A DNA stretch of 64,000 nucleotides from assembly GCA_963842525.1 (NCBI GenBank), contig CAWJGT010000020.1, positions 72,511-136,510 on the forward strand. The letters run 5' to 3'. This DNA is from an uncultured Holophagales bacterium. Its GTDB lineage: Bacteria > Acidobacteriota > Thermoanaerobaculia > Multivoradales > UBA5704. Made by a program: the position numbers and the translations under genes. This document shows positions 1-21,134 of the stretch, in pieces (the stretch's first letter is position 1; the number at the start of each line of letters is the position of its first letter). The notes beneath the pieces are model-generated. The model worked only from the letters and a program-made list of their open reading frames with translations. It searched no databases and was not told where the DNA came from.

Positions 1-250
1 GACGTACGAGCTCGAGTACGGCAACGACACCCTGGAGATGCACCGCGATGCCATCCAGCCGGGGGAGCACGTGCTGGTCGTCGACGACCTGGTGGCGACC
101 GGCGGCACGGCGCTCGCCACGGCGCGCATGGTCGAGAAGCTCGGCGGCAAGGTCGCAGGCTTCGGTTTCATCGTCGAGCTGACGTTCCTCGACGGGCGCA
201 AAAAGCTGGAGGCGGCAGGATACGAGGTCGCTTCGCTGATTCAGTATTGA
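1..250 (+). CDS. apt: adenine phosphoribosyltransferase (5' truncated by window edge)
   Basis: YELEYG motif and PRPP-binding [13 protein letters not shown] motif. Confidence 0.95.
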   Translation, partial: TYELEYGNDTLEMHRDAIQPGEHVLVVDDLVATGGTALATARMVEKLGGKVAGFGFIVELTFLDGRKKLEAAGYEVASLIQY

Positions 251-292
251 CGATGCAAAGCGGACGAGGGAAGGCGCCGGAGGCGGTTGGGT

Positions 293-298
293 TATAAT
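293..298 (+). promoter_or_regulatory. putative -10 box of the tRNA promoter
   Basis: TATAAT 13 nt upstream of the tRNA 5' end in a GC-rich context. Confidence 0.5.
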
Positions 299-311
299 CC
301 CGGCCGCCTGT

Positions 312-388
312 GCGGCTATAGCTCAGGTGGACAGAGCAGGAGTTTCCTAAACTCTTGGTCGGGGGTTCGAGTCCTCCTAGCCGCACCA
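312..388 (+). tRNA. tRNA-Arg(CCT)
   Basis: Acceptor stem GCGGCTA/TAGCCGC, D arm TAGCTCAGGTGG, anticodon loop TT-CCT-AA in stem GGAGT/ACTCT, T loop GGTTCGAGTCC, encoded 3' CCA. Confidence 0.95.
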
Positions 389-443
389 ATCCTGACGCTT
401 CGGCCCTGTTCCAAGACAGGACAACTTTTCGGGAGTCTGTTTG

Positions 444-1229
444 ATGAGCCAACGTCTGACCCGCAAGGAGATCAAGCGCGACGAATTCACGTCCGTCATG
501 GGACGGGGTGTCGAGTATGCCGAGACCCACATCCGGACGATGATGCTCGCGATCGGCGCTGTCGTTGCCGCCGTCTTGATCAGTTTCGTGATCTACCTCC
601 TCCTCGGCATGCGTTCCGAGAAGGCCAACGAGGCCCTGGCGCGCGCGATCAAGGTCTATAACGCGCCGGTCGAAGCCACCGGTGCAAAGCCGGACGATCC
701 GAAGTCCCCGAGCTTCGCCGACGAAGCGGCCCGGACGGCACGCGCCAAGGCGCTGTTCGAGGCGGTCCGCGACGACTATGGCATGAGCGACGCGGCCGAT
801 GTGGCAGGCCTCTACCTCGCCCAGGTCGCGGTGTCCGAAGGCAATCTCGACCAGGCGCGCAAGCTGTGGACCGACTTCGTGGACGACCACGGCGACAGCC
901 TCCTCGCCGGCGAGGCGCGGATCAACCTGATCCACCTCGACCGCCAACAGGGCAAGGGGCAGGACCTGGCCCAGCGTCTCAAGACGATGCTGGAGGAGCA
1001 GGAGCCGCCGCTGCCCAAGGACGTGCTCTTGAACGAGCTGGGCCAGACCCTCGAGCAGCTCGGCCGCCGGGAGGAGGCCGCCCAGGCGTACCGCCAGATC
1101 GTCGACGACTACCCGCAGTCCCGCTACCGCGGCGAGGCGCAGCAGAAGCTCTCCGCTCTCGATCCCACGCGGGCCGGGGGCGGCGCCGGCACCCCCATGC
1201 AGGCGATCCCCGGCTTCCCGGGCTCCTGA
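444..1229 (+). CDS. YfgM-like membrane-anchored tetratricopeptide repeat protein
   Basis: N-terminal RKEIKRDEF motif, one TM helix, helical TPR-like repeats ending in YRQIVDDYPQS. Confidence 0.75.
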   Translation: MSQRLTRKEIKRDEFTSVMGRGVEYAETHIRTMMLAIGAVVAAVLISFVIYLLLGMRSEKANEALARAIKVYNAPVEATGAKPDDPKSPSFADEAARTARAKALFEAVRDDYGMSDAADVAGLYLAQVAVSEGNLDQARKLWTDFVDDHGDSLLAGEARINLIHLDRQQGKGQDLAQRLKTMLEEQEPPLPKDVLLNELGQTLEQLGRREEAAQAYRQIVDDYPQSRYRGEAQQKLSALDPTRAGGGAGTPMQAIPGFPGS

Positions 1230-1246
1230 CCGCGGCAAGCGGCAAG

Positions 1247-2533
<1,287 letters not shown>

Positions 2534-2570
2534 ACGCCGCACTCCTCCGACCCCCGCTACGGCACATTTT

Positions 2571-2945
2571 TCAGCCCCTTCCCAGCAGGTGCTCCGCGAA
2601 TGCCCGGTCGCTGGGCGCCAGGTCGTAGGTGGGTAGCTCCTCGGGGAGGACCCAGGCGAGGGCCGAGTGCTCCAGGGCGATCGGCTCGCCGGCGATCTCG
2701 ACGGGGTGGAATTCGACGATGAAGGCCGAGCCGGGGTCCGGCACGGAGAGGAGCAGCTCGCCCATCGCGGTCATCTCGACCCCCAGCTCCTCGGCCAGCT
2801 CGCGACGGGCGGCGTCGAACATCGATTCGCCGGGCAGGAGCTTGCCGCCGGGAAACTCCCAGAGGCCCGCATGCCGCTTGCCCGGCGGGCGCCGGCAGAG
2901 GAGCAGGCGTCCGTTCCTTTCGATCACGGCGGCAACGACCTTCAT
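2571..2945 (-). CDS. MutT/NudG-like NUDIX hydrolase
   Basis: WEFPGGK...GES...AARRELAEELG Nudix box. Confidence 0.9.
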   Translation of the reverse strand: MKVVAAVIERNGRLLLCRRPPGKRHAGLWEFPGGKLLPGESMFDAARRELAEELGVEMTAMGELLLSVPDPGSAFIVEFHPVEIAGEPIALEHSALAWVLPEELPTYDLAPSDRAFAEHLLGRG

Positions 2946-3031
2946 GACATCCTCAAGAATCTTGGCATCCCTCTCGCAAGCACTCTATCGTTCGCCGTAC
3001 ACCGAGAGGAGCTTGCCGGAGAGGACACGCA

Positions 3032-7101
<4,070 letters not shown>

Positions 7102-7105
<4 letters not shown>

Positions 7106-9034
7106 ACGACATGCGCAACCTGAAGCTCTCTGCCGCGGTGTGTCTCGCCGCCATCCTCGCCGGACCCCCCGCCCAGGCCGGCCAGACCCAGGCCGGTCAG
7201 ACCGCCGAGGCGGCCGATCTCAAGAGGCTCAGCATCGAGGAGCTGATGCAGATCGACGTCACCTCGGTCTCCCGGCGCGCCGAGCCTTTCTCCCGGGTCG
7301 CCGCGGCCATCTCGGTGATCACCGGCGAGGAGCATCCGTCGCTCGGGCGCCAACAGCCTCCCTGAAGCCTTGCGCCTGACCAACACCCTGCAAGTCGCCC
7401 GCAGCACCCAGGGGAGCTGGGGGATCAGCGCCCGCGGTTTCAACGCCACCACCGCCGACAAGCTGCTCGTCCTGATCGACGGCCGCAGCGTCTATACGCC
7501 GCTGTTCTCCGGCGTCTTCTGGGACGTGCAGGACGTGCTCCTGGAGGACATCGAAAGGATCGAGGTCATCCGCGGCCCCGGGGCGACTCTGTGGGGTGCG
7601 AACGCGGTCAACGGCGTCATCAACATCATCACCAAACGGGCCGAGGACACCCAGGGAGGGCTGGCGGTCGCCGGCGGCGGCACGGAGGAAAAGGTGTTCG
7701 GCGCGGCCCGCTACGGCGGCACGGTGGGCGACCGTGGCCATTTCCGGGTCTACGGCAAGCACTCCGAGCGCGATGCGCTCGTCTTCGTCACCGGCGAGGA
7801 TGCCCGCGATCCGATGCATCTAAGCCAGGGCGGCTTCCGCACCGACTGGCGGACCTCGGAGGCCGATTCCTTCACCGTGCAGGGAGACGCCTACACCGGC
7901 AAACTCGGCGCGGCAATCCGGGACGACACCGATCTCGACGGCGGCAACCTGCTCGGCCGCTGGAGCCGCCGCTTCTCCGAGCAGTCCGCTCTGGAGGTAC
8001 AGGTCTACTGGGACCGCACGCACCGCCGCATCCCGGGCCTGTTCGAGGAGCACCGCGACACCGTGGACCTCGACGTGCAGCAGACCCTCCGCCCGCGCGA
8101 ACGGCACGAGGTGATCTGGGGGCTCGGCGTGCGCCGCACGCGCGACCGGGTGGGCAACAGCCCGTCCCTCGCCTTCCTGCCGGCGCGCCGGGAGCAGGAC
8201 CTCTTCAGCCTCTTCGCCCAGGACGAGATTGCCCTGCAAGGTGACCGGCTGTACCTGACCCTCGGGACCAAGCTGGAGCACAACGACTCCACCGGCCTGG
8301 AGGTCCAGCCCAACGTCCGCCTCGCCTGGACGCCGAACGAGCGGCGCACGGTGTGGGGCGCGGTGTCGCGGGCCGTGCGTACCCCGACGCGCCTCGACGA
8401 GGACCTCGTGACCTTCGCGGCCGGCCGGCCGGTCCTCACGGGAAGCCGTGATTTCGAGTCCGAGAAGCTGCTCGCCTATGAGCTCGGCTACCGGTCGCAC
8501 ATCAACCCGGAAGTCTCGCTCGACGTGGCGGCCTTCTACAACTTCTACGACGACCTGCGCAGCCAGGAGCCCCAGGTGGGCGGTCCGATCGTCCTGGCCA
8601 ACAAGCTGAGCGCCGAGGCCTGGGGCGTCGAGGTTCGAGCGAACTTCCAGCCGCTCCCCTGGTGGCGCTCGTACTTGGGCTACGTCTGGTTCGACAAGGA
8701 CCTCCACTTCGATCCGGACAGCCGGGACCCGACCGGGGGCGCGGGGGAGGGCAACGATCCCGCGAACCGGGCGATGGTGCGGACGAGCTTCAACCTGCGC
8801 GGCGGCGTCCAGCTCGACGGATTGCTGCGCTGGGTGGACCGCCTGCCGTCTCCGCCTGTGCCGTCCTACCTGGCCCTGGACCTGCGCGTGGGCTGGCGTC
8901 CCGTGCGTTCGCTGGAGCTCTCTCTGGTGGGCCAGAGCCTGCTGGAGGACAGCCATGCGGAGTTCGGCCCGGCCACCCCCCAGCGCGAAGAGGTCGAGCG
9001 CAGCGTCTACGGGAAGCTGACATGGTCGTTCTGA
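7102..9034 (+). CDS. TonB-dependent receptor (one apparent frameshift near 7333)
   Basis: Signal peptide and LSIEELMQIDVTSVSR in one frame, continuing as plug (LVLIDGRS, IERIEVIRGPGATLWGANAVNGVINIIT) and barrel ending in F in another. Confidence 0.88.
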
Positions 9035-9573
9035 GGGCGCGAGCCCTGGCGCTGCTCGCCGCGCTGCTGTACTTCTCGGGAAGGGCGGCGGCGCAGCCGG
9101 GCGTGTATCAGGAGTACGACGTCAAGGCGGCCTTCCTCTACAATTTTGCGAAGTTCGTCGAGTGGCCGCCCGACGCTCTCGGAAGCCCCGAGGAGCCGAT
9201 GGAGATCTGCGTCTTCGGGGACGATCCGTTCGGCGAGAGCCTGGACGCCGTCGTCCGTGGTGAAACCCTGAACGGCCGCCGGCTCGTCGTCCGCCGGACG
9301 CGCAGCCTCGCGGACCTGCGCGACTGCCAGGCCGTCTTCCTCCCGGGCGCGGAGAGAAGCCGGCTCGCCGAGGCCCTCGCCACCCTGCGGGGCGCCAGCG
9401 TCCTTACGGTCGGGGAGGTGGACGGGTTCCTTTCCCAGGGGGGAATGATCCGTTTCGTCCTCGACCAGGGCCGGGTCCGCTTCGAGATCAACCAGGAAGC
9501 TGCGGAGCGCGGCGGGCTCAAGCTGAGCTCGAAGCTGCTGCGTCTGGCCCGCGCGGTCTACCCCGAACGCTAG
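9022..9573 (+). CDS. YfiR/HmsC family periplasmic regulator (DUF4154)
   Basis: EYDVKAAFLYNFAKFVEWP and FEIN...LKLSSKLLRLA signatures. Confidence 0.9.
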   Translation: MVVLRARALALLAALLYFSGRAAAQPGVYQEYDVKAAFLYNFAKFVEWPPDALGSPEEPMEICVFGDDPFGESLDAVVRGETLNGRRLVVRRTRSLADLRDCQAVFLPGAERSRLAEALATLRGASVLTVGEVDGFLSQGGMIRFVLDQGRVRFEINQEAAERGGLKLSSKLLRLARAVYPER

Positions 9574-9583
9574 GAGCGCCCTC

Positions 9584-11107
9584 TTGCCCGACCTCCTGCT
9601 GCGCAACATCCCGATCCGCCGGAAGATCGTCCTGATCATCATGCTGGCGACCGGCGGCGCCCTTCTGCTGGCGGGTGTGGCGCTGATCGCCTCGGAGCTG
9701 CGGCGCTTCCGCCGCGAGATGGAGGACGACCTGAAGACGATGGCGGAGATCATCGCGCACAACAGCACCGCCGCCCTGAGCTTCAGCGATCCGGCGGCGG
9801 CGGCGGAGACCCTGGCGGTCCTGCGCAAGAAGCCTTCGATCAAGAGCGCGGCCGTCTATGGCCAGGACGGTTACCTGTTCGCCACCTATCGTCGCGACCA
9901 GGGGGGCCGCGAGCCCCCGGCCCGCGCGGGCGCGGACCGCGTGGCCCGCGGCGAGAGCGCGGTCACCCTGTTCCAGCCGATTCTTTTGGAGGGGCGGAGA
10001 ATCGGCACCGTCTACCTGGAGAGTGACCTGAGCGAGCTGTATGGCCGGGCCCGCGAGCAGACCCTGACGGTGACGGCGGTCTTCGTGGTCTCGGGGCTCG
10101 CGGCCCTGGTGTTCTCCTCCGGCCTCCAGCGCGTGATCTCGAAACCGATCCTGGAGCTGGCCGGGACCGCCCGCGCCGTCTCCGAGCGCAAGGACTTCTC
10201 GATCCGTGCGCACCGGCAGAGTGGCGACGAGCTGGGCCGGCTGGTCGACGCCTTCAACGAGATGCTGGAGCAGATCCAGGCGCGCGATTCGGAGCTGCTG
10301 CAAGCCAAGGAAGGGCTCGAGCGGCGGGTCGAGGAGCGCACCGTCGCCCTGCGTCACGAGCTCGCCGACCGGCTGCGGGCCGAGCGGGAGCTGGAGGAGA
10401 AGAACGCCGCGCTGGAACGGAGCAACCAGGACCTCGACGACTTCTCCTACATCGCCTCGCACGACCTCAAGGAGCCCCTGCGCGGGATCCACAACTTCTC
10501 CGCCTTCCTGCTGGAGGACTACGCCGACAAGCTCGACGACGAGGGGCGCTCGCGCCTCGAGACCCTGACCCGCCTCAGCCGGCGCATGGAGGATTTGATC
10601 GACTCGCTCCTCCACTTCTCCCGCCTGGGGCGGGCCGACCTGGCGATCGACGAGGTGGACCTGAACGGCGTGGCAGCCGAGGTGGTCGACGCGCTCGGCA
10701 TCAACCTGCAGGAGAGCCGGGCCGAGGTCCGGATACCCCGGCCGCTGCCTACCGTGCGCTGCGACCGCGTGCGGGTGCGGGAGCTGTACCACAACCTGGT
10801 CGTCAACGCGATGAAGTACAACGACAAGCCGGAGAAGTGGATCGAGATCGGTTACAGTGACGACGGTGCCGGCAGTCCGCCGACCTTCTATGTCCGCGAC
10901 AACGGCATCGGCATCCAGGAGAAGCACTTCGACTCGATCTTCCGTATCTTCAAAAGGCTGCACGGCCGGGACAAGTTCGGCGGCGGCACCGGCGCGGGCC
11001 TGACGATCGTCAAGAAGATCGTCGAGCGGCACAACGGCCGCATCTGGGTCGACTCGGCCTGGGGCGAAGGCACGACGATCCATTTCACCCTGGACAAGGA
11101 GGCCTGA
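9584..11107 (+). CDS. membrane sensor histidine kinase (CHASE8-like sensor, HAMP)
   Basis: Two TM helices, DELGRLVDAFNEML HAMP, ASHDLKEPLR H-box, GTGAGLTI G2 box. Confidence 0.9.
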   Translation: MPDLLLRNIPIRRKIVLIIMLATGGALLLAGVALIASELRRFRREMEDDLKTMAEIIAHNSTAALSFSDPAAAAETLAVLRKKPSIKSAAVYGQDGYLFATYRRDQGGREPPARAGADRVARGESAVTLFQPILLEGRRIGTVYLESDLSELYGRAREQTLTVTAVFVVSGLAALVFSSGLQRVISKPILELAGTARAVSERKDFSIRAHRQSGDELGRLVDAFNEMLEQIQARDSELLQAKEGLERRVEERTVALRHELADRLRAERELEEKNAALERSNQDLDDFSYIASHDLKEPLRGIHNFSAFLLEDYADKLDDEGRSRLETLTRLSRRMEDLIDSLLHFSRLGRADLAIDEVDLNGVAAEVVDALGINLQESRAEVRIPRPLPTVRCDRVRVRELYHNLVVNAMKYNDKPEKWIEIGYSDDGAGSPPTFYVRDNGIGIQEKHFDSIFRIFKRLHGRDKFGGGTGAGLTIVKKIVERHNGRIWVDSAWGEGTTIHFTLDKEA

Positions 11108-11554
11108 GTGCGTACGCCGAATCAACCGATCCTGCTCGTCGAGGACAGCCCGGAAGACTTCGAGGCCACGGTGCGGGCCTTCAAGAAGTCGGGGTTGAAG
11201 AACCCCATCGTCCGTTGCGAGGACGGCGACGGAGCCCTCGACTACCTCTACCGGCGCGGCCCCTGGGCCGACCCGGAGGAGTCGCCCCGCCCGGGGGTGA
11301 TCCTGCTCGACCTGAACCTCCCCGGCACGGACGGGCGCGAAGTCCTGACCGAGATCAAGAAGCACGACCAGCTCCGCCACATCCCGGTCATCGTCCTGAC
11401 CACCTCCAACGACCAGCGGGATGTGGAAGCCTGCTATCAGGCAGGCGCCAACAGCTACATTCAGAAGCCGGTGGACATGGACGGCTTCCTCAAGGCCATC
11501 GAGCGGCTCAACGGCTACTGGTTCGAGGTCGTGGTCCTGCCCCGAGGGGACTGA
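11108..11554 (+). CDS. Rcp1-like single-domain response regulator
   Basis: ILLVED, LLDLNLP, LTTS, GANSYIQKP. Confidence 0.92.
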   Translation: MRTPNQPILLVEDSPEDFEATVRAFKKSGLKNPIVRCEDGDGALDYLYRRGPWADPEESPRPGVILLDLNLPGTDGREVLTEIKKHDQLRHIPVIVLTTSNDQRDVEACYQAGANSYIQKPVDMDGFLKAIERLNGYWFEVVVLPRGD

Positions 11555-11571
11555 TGGGACCGAGGGGACCG

Positions 11572-13340
<1,769 letters not shown>

Positions 13341-13341
<1 letters not shown>

Positions 13342-13420
13342 AAGACCACAAGGACGGCAAGGACCACAAGGACGCCCTTTTCATTGTCGTCCTTTGGGTC
13401 TTGCTGTCCTTTTCGTCCTT
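13341..13420. repeat. 9-bp-periodic inverted repeat (AAGGACnnC units), possible terminator or REP-like element
   Basis: aaagaccacaaggacggcaaggaccacaaggacg followed by complementary cgtcctttgggtcttgctgtccttttcgtcctt. Confidence 0.55.
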
Positions 13421-13457
13421 GAGCGGGGCCACCCCGGCGGCGGGGTATATTGCCCCC

Positions 13458-14432
13458 ATGCCCGCCTCACCCCCTGCCCCCATCCTTGCCATCGTCGGCG
13501 CCACGGCCACTGGCAAGAGCGCCCTGGGGATGTTCCTGGCCGAGGAGCTCGGCGGCGAGATCGTCAGCGCCGACGCGCTCCAGGCCTACCGGGGGTTCGA
13601 CATCGGCACGGCCAAACCGGGGCCGGAGGAGCGGGCGCGGGTCCCGCACCACCTGATCGACATCCTGGAGCCGCACGAGCGCTACTCGGCCGGAGAGTTC
13701 GCGCGGCGGGCCCGCGCAGCCATCGCCGGCATCCAGGCCCGCGGCCGGCTGCCGCTCGTGGTGGGGGGGAGCGGCCTCTACCTGCGCGCCCTCTTCGCGG
13801 GGATCAGCCCGACCCCGCCGGGCGATTCAGCGGTGCGGCAAAGGCTCCACGAGCGCCTGGCGGAGGAGGGGCTGGAGGCGCTGACCCGCGAGCTGGAAAG
13901 GGTCGATCCGGCCACCGCGGAGCGGCTCGCGACGGGAGACACCCAGCGCGTCCTGCGCGCTCTGGAGGTGGCCGAAGTGAGCGGAGAGCCGCTCTCCGCC
14001 TGGATTTCGCGCCAACCCTTTGGGATTCAGCGGATTGCGGCAGACCATGTCGGATTGACGCTTCCGCGGAGCATCCTATACGATCGAATCGCGAGCCGCG
14101 TGGCTCGGATGATGGACGCAGGCTGGCTTGGCGAGGTCGCCCGGCTGCGGAGCCGGGGCCTCGATCCCGGCCTTCCTGCGTTCCAGGCCATTGGGTACAG
14201 GCAGCTAGCCCGTTATGTGAAGGAGGAAGAGGAATGGTCCCTCGATCGAGCCATCGCCGAGACGATTCGAGCGACCTGCCGCTTCGCCAAACGACAGGAG
14301 ACCTGGTTTCGGAAGGAATCCGATATCTCCTCTATTGCCTGGTTCTCGGCCCAGGATATGAACCATCTTTTTCCTAGGGTACTAGAACATGTCAAATCCA
14401 GGGGTCTCGGGAGGTGGAGGGCGTATGGCTAA
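13458..14432 (+). CDS. miaA: tRNA dimethylallyltransferase
   Basis: GATATGKS P-loop, SADALQAY...DIGTAKP, VGGSGLY, AKRQETWFR; directly upstream of hfq. Confidence 0.95.
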   Translation: MPASPPAPILAIVGATATGKSALGMFLAEELGGEIVSADALQAYRGFDIGTAKPGPEERARVPHHLIDILEPHERYSAGEFARRARAAIAGIQARGRLPLVVGGSGLYLRALFAGISPTPPGDSAVRQRLHERLAEEGLEALTRELERVDPATAERLATGDTQRVLRALEVAEVSGEPLSAWISRQPFGIQRIAADHVGLTLPRSILYDRIASRVARMMDAGWLGEVARLRSRGLDPGLPAFQAIGYRQLARYVKEEEEWSLDRAIAETIRATCRFAKRQETWFRKESDISSIAWFSAQDMNHLFPRVLEHVKSRGLGRWRAYG

Positions 14433-14643
14433 GCACAACATCAACATTCAAGACGGCTATCTGTTCCAGAGCCTGAAGGAGGGGCAGACGATGTACCTGG
14501 AGCTGGTGACCGGGAAACCGCTCCTGGGGCGTCTGAAGCGCTTCGATCGCTTCGCCGTGGTGATCGAGAGCGAAGGGAAAGAGATCCTGATCTACAAGCA
14601 TGCGATCGCGACCATTGCCGCAGCGCCTCATCCTGCGGCGTAG
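14425..14643 (+). CDS. hfq: RNA chaperone Hfq
   Basis: NIQD...FDRF...LIYKHAI Sm motifs; canonical miaA-hfq synteny. Confidence 0.93.
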   Translation: MAKHNINIQDGYLFQSLKEGQTMYLELVTGKPLLGRLKRFDRFAVVIESEGKEILIYKHAIATIAAAPHPAA

Positions 14644-15982
14644 CGCGACAGCCGCCGTCCTCCTGGCCCTTCTGGAGGTCTGGCTCGGGGCCTGTATACC
14701 CCGGCCCGCGTCGGCACCGCCCACCCGACAGCCCGAAAAGCCGCCGGAGCTGGCGCTTGCGCGCCAGGAGAGGGCCTATCTCCTCGACCCCCTGGAGGGC
14801 TATCCCCAGGAGGTCGATCCGGTCCGCCGCGAGCGCCTCGAGCGGGCCACCCGCGCCTTGCTCACGGGCGACCTCGAGGCCGTCCGGGAGACCGCGGCCG
14901 AGCTCCTGGACGTGGACCCCGGCTTTGCCCCGGCCCACGTCCTGGCGGCGCAGGCCGACTTCGCCGAGGGCCGCCATCGCGGAGTAGTGAGCCGTCTGCT
15001 GCCGGTCGGCGACCAGACGCCGGGCTATGTCGCGAGCCAGCTCCTTTTCGGCCGCGCGGCCGAAAAGGAGGGGGACCTCCCCCTCGCCTATGCCGCCTAT
15101 CGCGCCATCGCCACCCGCAACCAGCTCGCCTTCCAACGGCTGGGCGAGCTCCACCCGCGTACCATCGAGATCCTCGCCAACCGGCTGAACGAGGCGCTGC
15201 GTACCGGGCACACCGAGGAGGCGGACAAGCACCTCGCCCTGCTGCGGAGCTGGGGGCCCTCGGAGACCGCGACCCTGGAGGGCGCGCGTGCCGTGGCCGT
15301 GGCGCGCGCCGACCCGAAAGCCGAGCTGGCGGCCGTCAAGGAGCTCTCGCGCCGCAAGCCGGGCGACCGGCCGCTGCTGGAACGGCGGGCGGACCTCGAG
15401 CTGACGGTGGGCGACCCCGGCGCCGGGCTGGAGATCATCCAGGGCCTCGCGGCACAGCACCCCAGGGACCCGGCGCTGGCCGAAAAGCTGGACGCCGCCA
15501 AATTCCTCTGGCGCCTCTCGCTGCTGCCGAAGGCGGTCCAGGAGGTGGCGGCGAAGCCCGCGCTCAACCGGGCGGGCTTCGCCGTGCTGCTCTACTGGCT
15601 GGTGCCGAGCGTGCGCTACGCGCGCCCGAACGCCGGCCGGATCGCGACCGACGTGCTCGACCATCCGCAACAGGAGGAGATCGTCCGGGTGCTCAACCTC
15701 GGGCTGATGGACGTGGACTCGACCCTGCACCGCTTCTCCCCCTCGGCAACGATCCGCCGGGGCACCGCGCTGCGCAGCCTCGTCCGCCTGCTCTCCGGCT
15801 CCGGGCAGGCCATCCCCTGCCTGGGCGGGGCCAGGCCCTCGTCGCAAAGCGGTGTCTGTACGACTGCTGCGGCCTGCGGTCTGGTCCCGCAGGGAGAGGA
15901 CTGCGACACCGGGACGGCCCTGTCGGGCTTCGAGGCGGTGGAGCTCATCCGGCGCACACAGAAGCTCCTGGGCGGCTCGTGA
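14600..15982 (+). CDS. TPR-containing putative lipoprotein with C-terminal SLH-like region
   Basis: Hydrophobic N-terminus with LGAC lipobox, helical repeats, TDV..HP...GLMD...HRFSP..TIRRG; exact start uncertain. Confidence 0.6.
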   Translation: MRSRPLPQRLILRRSATAAVLLALLEVWLGACIPRPASAPPTRQPEKPPELALARQERAYLLDPLEGYPQEVDPVRRERLERATRALLTGDLEAVRETAAELLDVDPGFAPAHVLAAQADFAEGRHRGVVSRLLPVGDQTPGYVASQLLFGRAAEKEGDLPLAYAAYRAIATRNQLAFQRLGELHPRTIEILANRLNEALRTGHTEEADKHLALLRSWGPSETATLEGARAVAVARADPKAELAAVKELSRRKPGDRPLLERRADLELTVGDPGAGLEIIQGLAAQHPRDPALAEKLDAAKFLWRLSLLPKAVQEVAAKPALNRAGFAVLLYWLVPSVRYARPNAGRIATDVLDHPQQEEIVRVLNLGLMDVDSTLHRFSPSATIRRGTALRSLVRLLSGSGQAIPCLGGARPSSQSGVCTTAAACGLVPQGEDCDTGTALSGFEAVELIRRTQKLLGGS

Positions 15983-16533
15983 CCTTCACCATCCCGAACC
16001 TCCTCTCGCTGCTGCGCATGGGGCTGGTGCCCCTGTTCATCATCGCCGTCCTCGACGGCGAGCTGCGCAAGGCCTTCCTGGTCTTCCTGGTGGCCGGGAT
16101 CACCGACGCGCTGGACGGCTTCATCGCCCGCTTCGCCAACCAGCAGTCGCTGCTCGGCGCCTACCTCGACCCGATCGCCGACAAGATGCTGCTGACCTCG
16201 GCCTATGTGACCCTGGCGATCCCGAGCCTGAACCACGGCGCGCCCATCCCGATCTGGATCACGGTCCTGGTGATCGCCCGCGACGTGCTGATCCTGGTGA
16301 TGGCGCTGGTCTTCTACCTGGCGGCCGGAGTGCGGAAGTTCCCGCCCTCGATCCTGAGCAAGATCACGACGGCGGTCCAGGTGATCGCGGTCGTGCTGGT
16401 CCTGACCTCGGCCTTCTGGCCCGGCCTTGAGCCGGTGGCCACCTGGCTCCTCTTCCTGGTGGCCCTGCTCACCGTCGCCTCGGGCCTCGCCTACGTCGTC
16501 CGCGCCCCCAGGCTGCTCGCAGGAAACGCCTAG
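15979..16533 (+). CDS. CDP-alcohol phosphatidyltransferase (PgsA-like)
   Basis: TIPNLLSLLR and TDALDGFIAR...GAYLDPIADK motif. Confidence 0.93.
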   Translation: MTFTIPNLLSLLRMGLVPLFIIAVLDGELRKAFLVFLVAGITDALDGFIARFANQQSLLGAYLDPIADKMLLTSAYVTLAIPSLNHGAPIPIWITVLVIARDVLILVMALVFYLAAGVRKFPPSILSKITTAVQVIAVVLVLTSAFWPGLEPVATWLLFLVALLTVASGLAYVVRAPRLLAGNA

Positions 16534-16590
16534 CGGCTCAGCAGCGGGTCGTGCCGAAGGCGCGGAGCGGGTGCAGCATAGAATCTCCGC

Positions 16591-16850
16591 ATGCCCTGCT
16601 CCGGCTGCCGCCTCGTTCTTGCCATCCTCCTCGTCGTCTCGATTCTTCTGCCGCAGACACCTTCCGTCGCGGCCGGTGGAGAGGCCTCGCTCCTCCTGAC
16701 CGGCGCACGGGTGTGGACGGGCGATCCGGCGCGGCCCTGGGCCGAGGCCGTTGCGGTCGGCGGCGAGCGGATCCTCGCGGTCGGCACTGGGGCGGAGGTG
16801 GCTGCCTACCGCGGGCCGGCCACCCGGGTGATCGACCTTCAAGGCCGCTT
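16591..16850 (+). pseudogene. N-terminal remnant of a YtcJ-like amidohydrolase
   Basis: Signal peptide plus LLLTGARVWTGD...AEAVAV...ILAVG...TRVIDLQGR, then similarity ends where the convergent vapC remnant begins. Confidence 0.75.
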
Positions 16851-17143
16851 CGGCGGCTTGTTTAGATGTGGCTCGAGGATCTCTGCCACGATCTGAGTGA
16901 CCGCAGCGTAGTGAGGATCGGTTGTCAGCAAGACCGAGCCACACTGCATGGCGCCTGCGGCGATCCAGATATCATTTCGTCGGAATTGGAGAGCCAACTC
17001 GACGCAAGGAGTCGGAGAATGAATGCGTAGCGCTCCGCCGTCTCCTCGTCCGACTGCGAGGCTTCCCGGATTCGATGCCGAATTTGCGGATGGCCCCTTT
17101 TGAAGGCGGAGTAGGCGGAGGTGTCGAGGAAGATCCCGCTCAC
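16839..17143 (-). pseudogene. degraded VapC/PIN toxin
   Basis: IFLDTSAYS N-terminus, central helices missing, NDIWIAA...LLTTDPHY in a different frame. Confidence 0.8.
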
Positions 17144-17394
17144 TCCCAGAGCTCCGGATCGACCCTGCGCTGCTCGGCCAGAGCGCCCTCGAAGGCCGCC
17201 GCTTCCTCATCAGACCAGGTGCCCGCGAGGTGATCGAGGTCGTGGTGAAGCTCGCGGCTAACGGCCCGCTGTCCCGTGGCTTCCTCCAACATGCGGATGA
17301 CCGTCCTGTTGAGACTGAGGCCGTATGTACCCGCGCGCCTGCGGATAGTGTCCTGGAGCTTCGGGGGGATGTTGCGCAGAGTGATGGCTGTCAT
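17140..17394 (-). CDS. FitA-like ribbon-helix-helix antitoxin
   Basis: MTAITLRNIP...RRRA...GLSLN...; stop overlaps the vapC start (GTGA). Confidence 0.8.
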   Translation of the reverse strand: MTAITLRNIPPKLQDTIRRRAGTYGLSLNRTVIRMLEEATGQRAVSRELHHDLDHLAGTWSDEEAAAFEGALAEQRRVDPELWE

Positions 17395-17526
17395 CACAGG
17401 GCTCCTTCCGGTTTCAGGCGGCTGCATCACTCCGTGCAGCATGATGCATCATACCATGGCGTCCTGGTGAATCATGAGGCCGGGGGGGTGAGCTTCGGTC
17501 TCGTCTTCTGATAACATGCCCCTTGG

Positions 17527-21030
<3,504 letters not shown>

Positions 21031-21134
21031 ACCGTCGTGCAGGAGGAGGATCGAAGGCTCGTCTGGTCCTTGCCTTGTACCGGCGATGCGCAATAGAATT
21101 CTCATCTAGGAACGACTCCGAAAGGGAGCACGCC

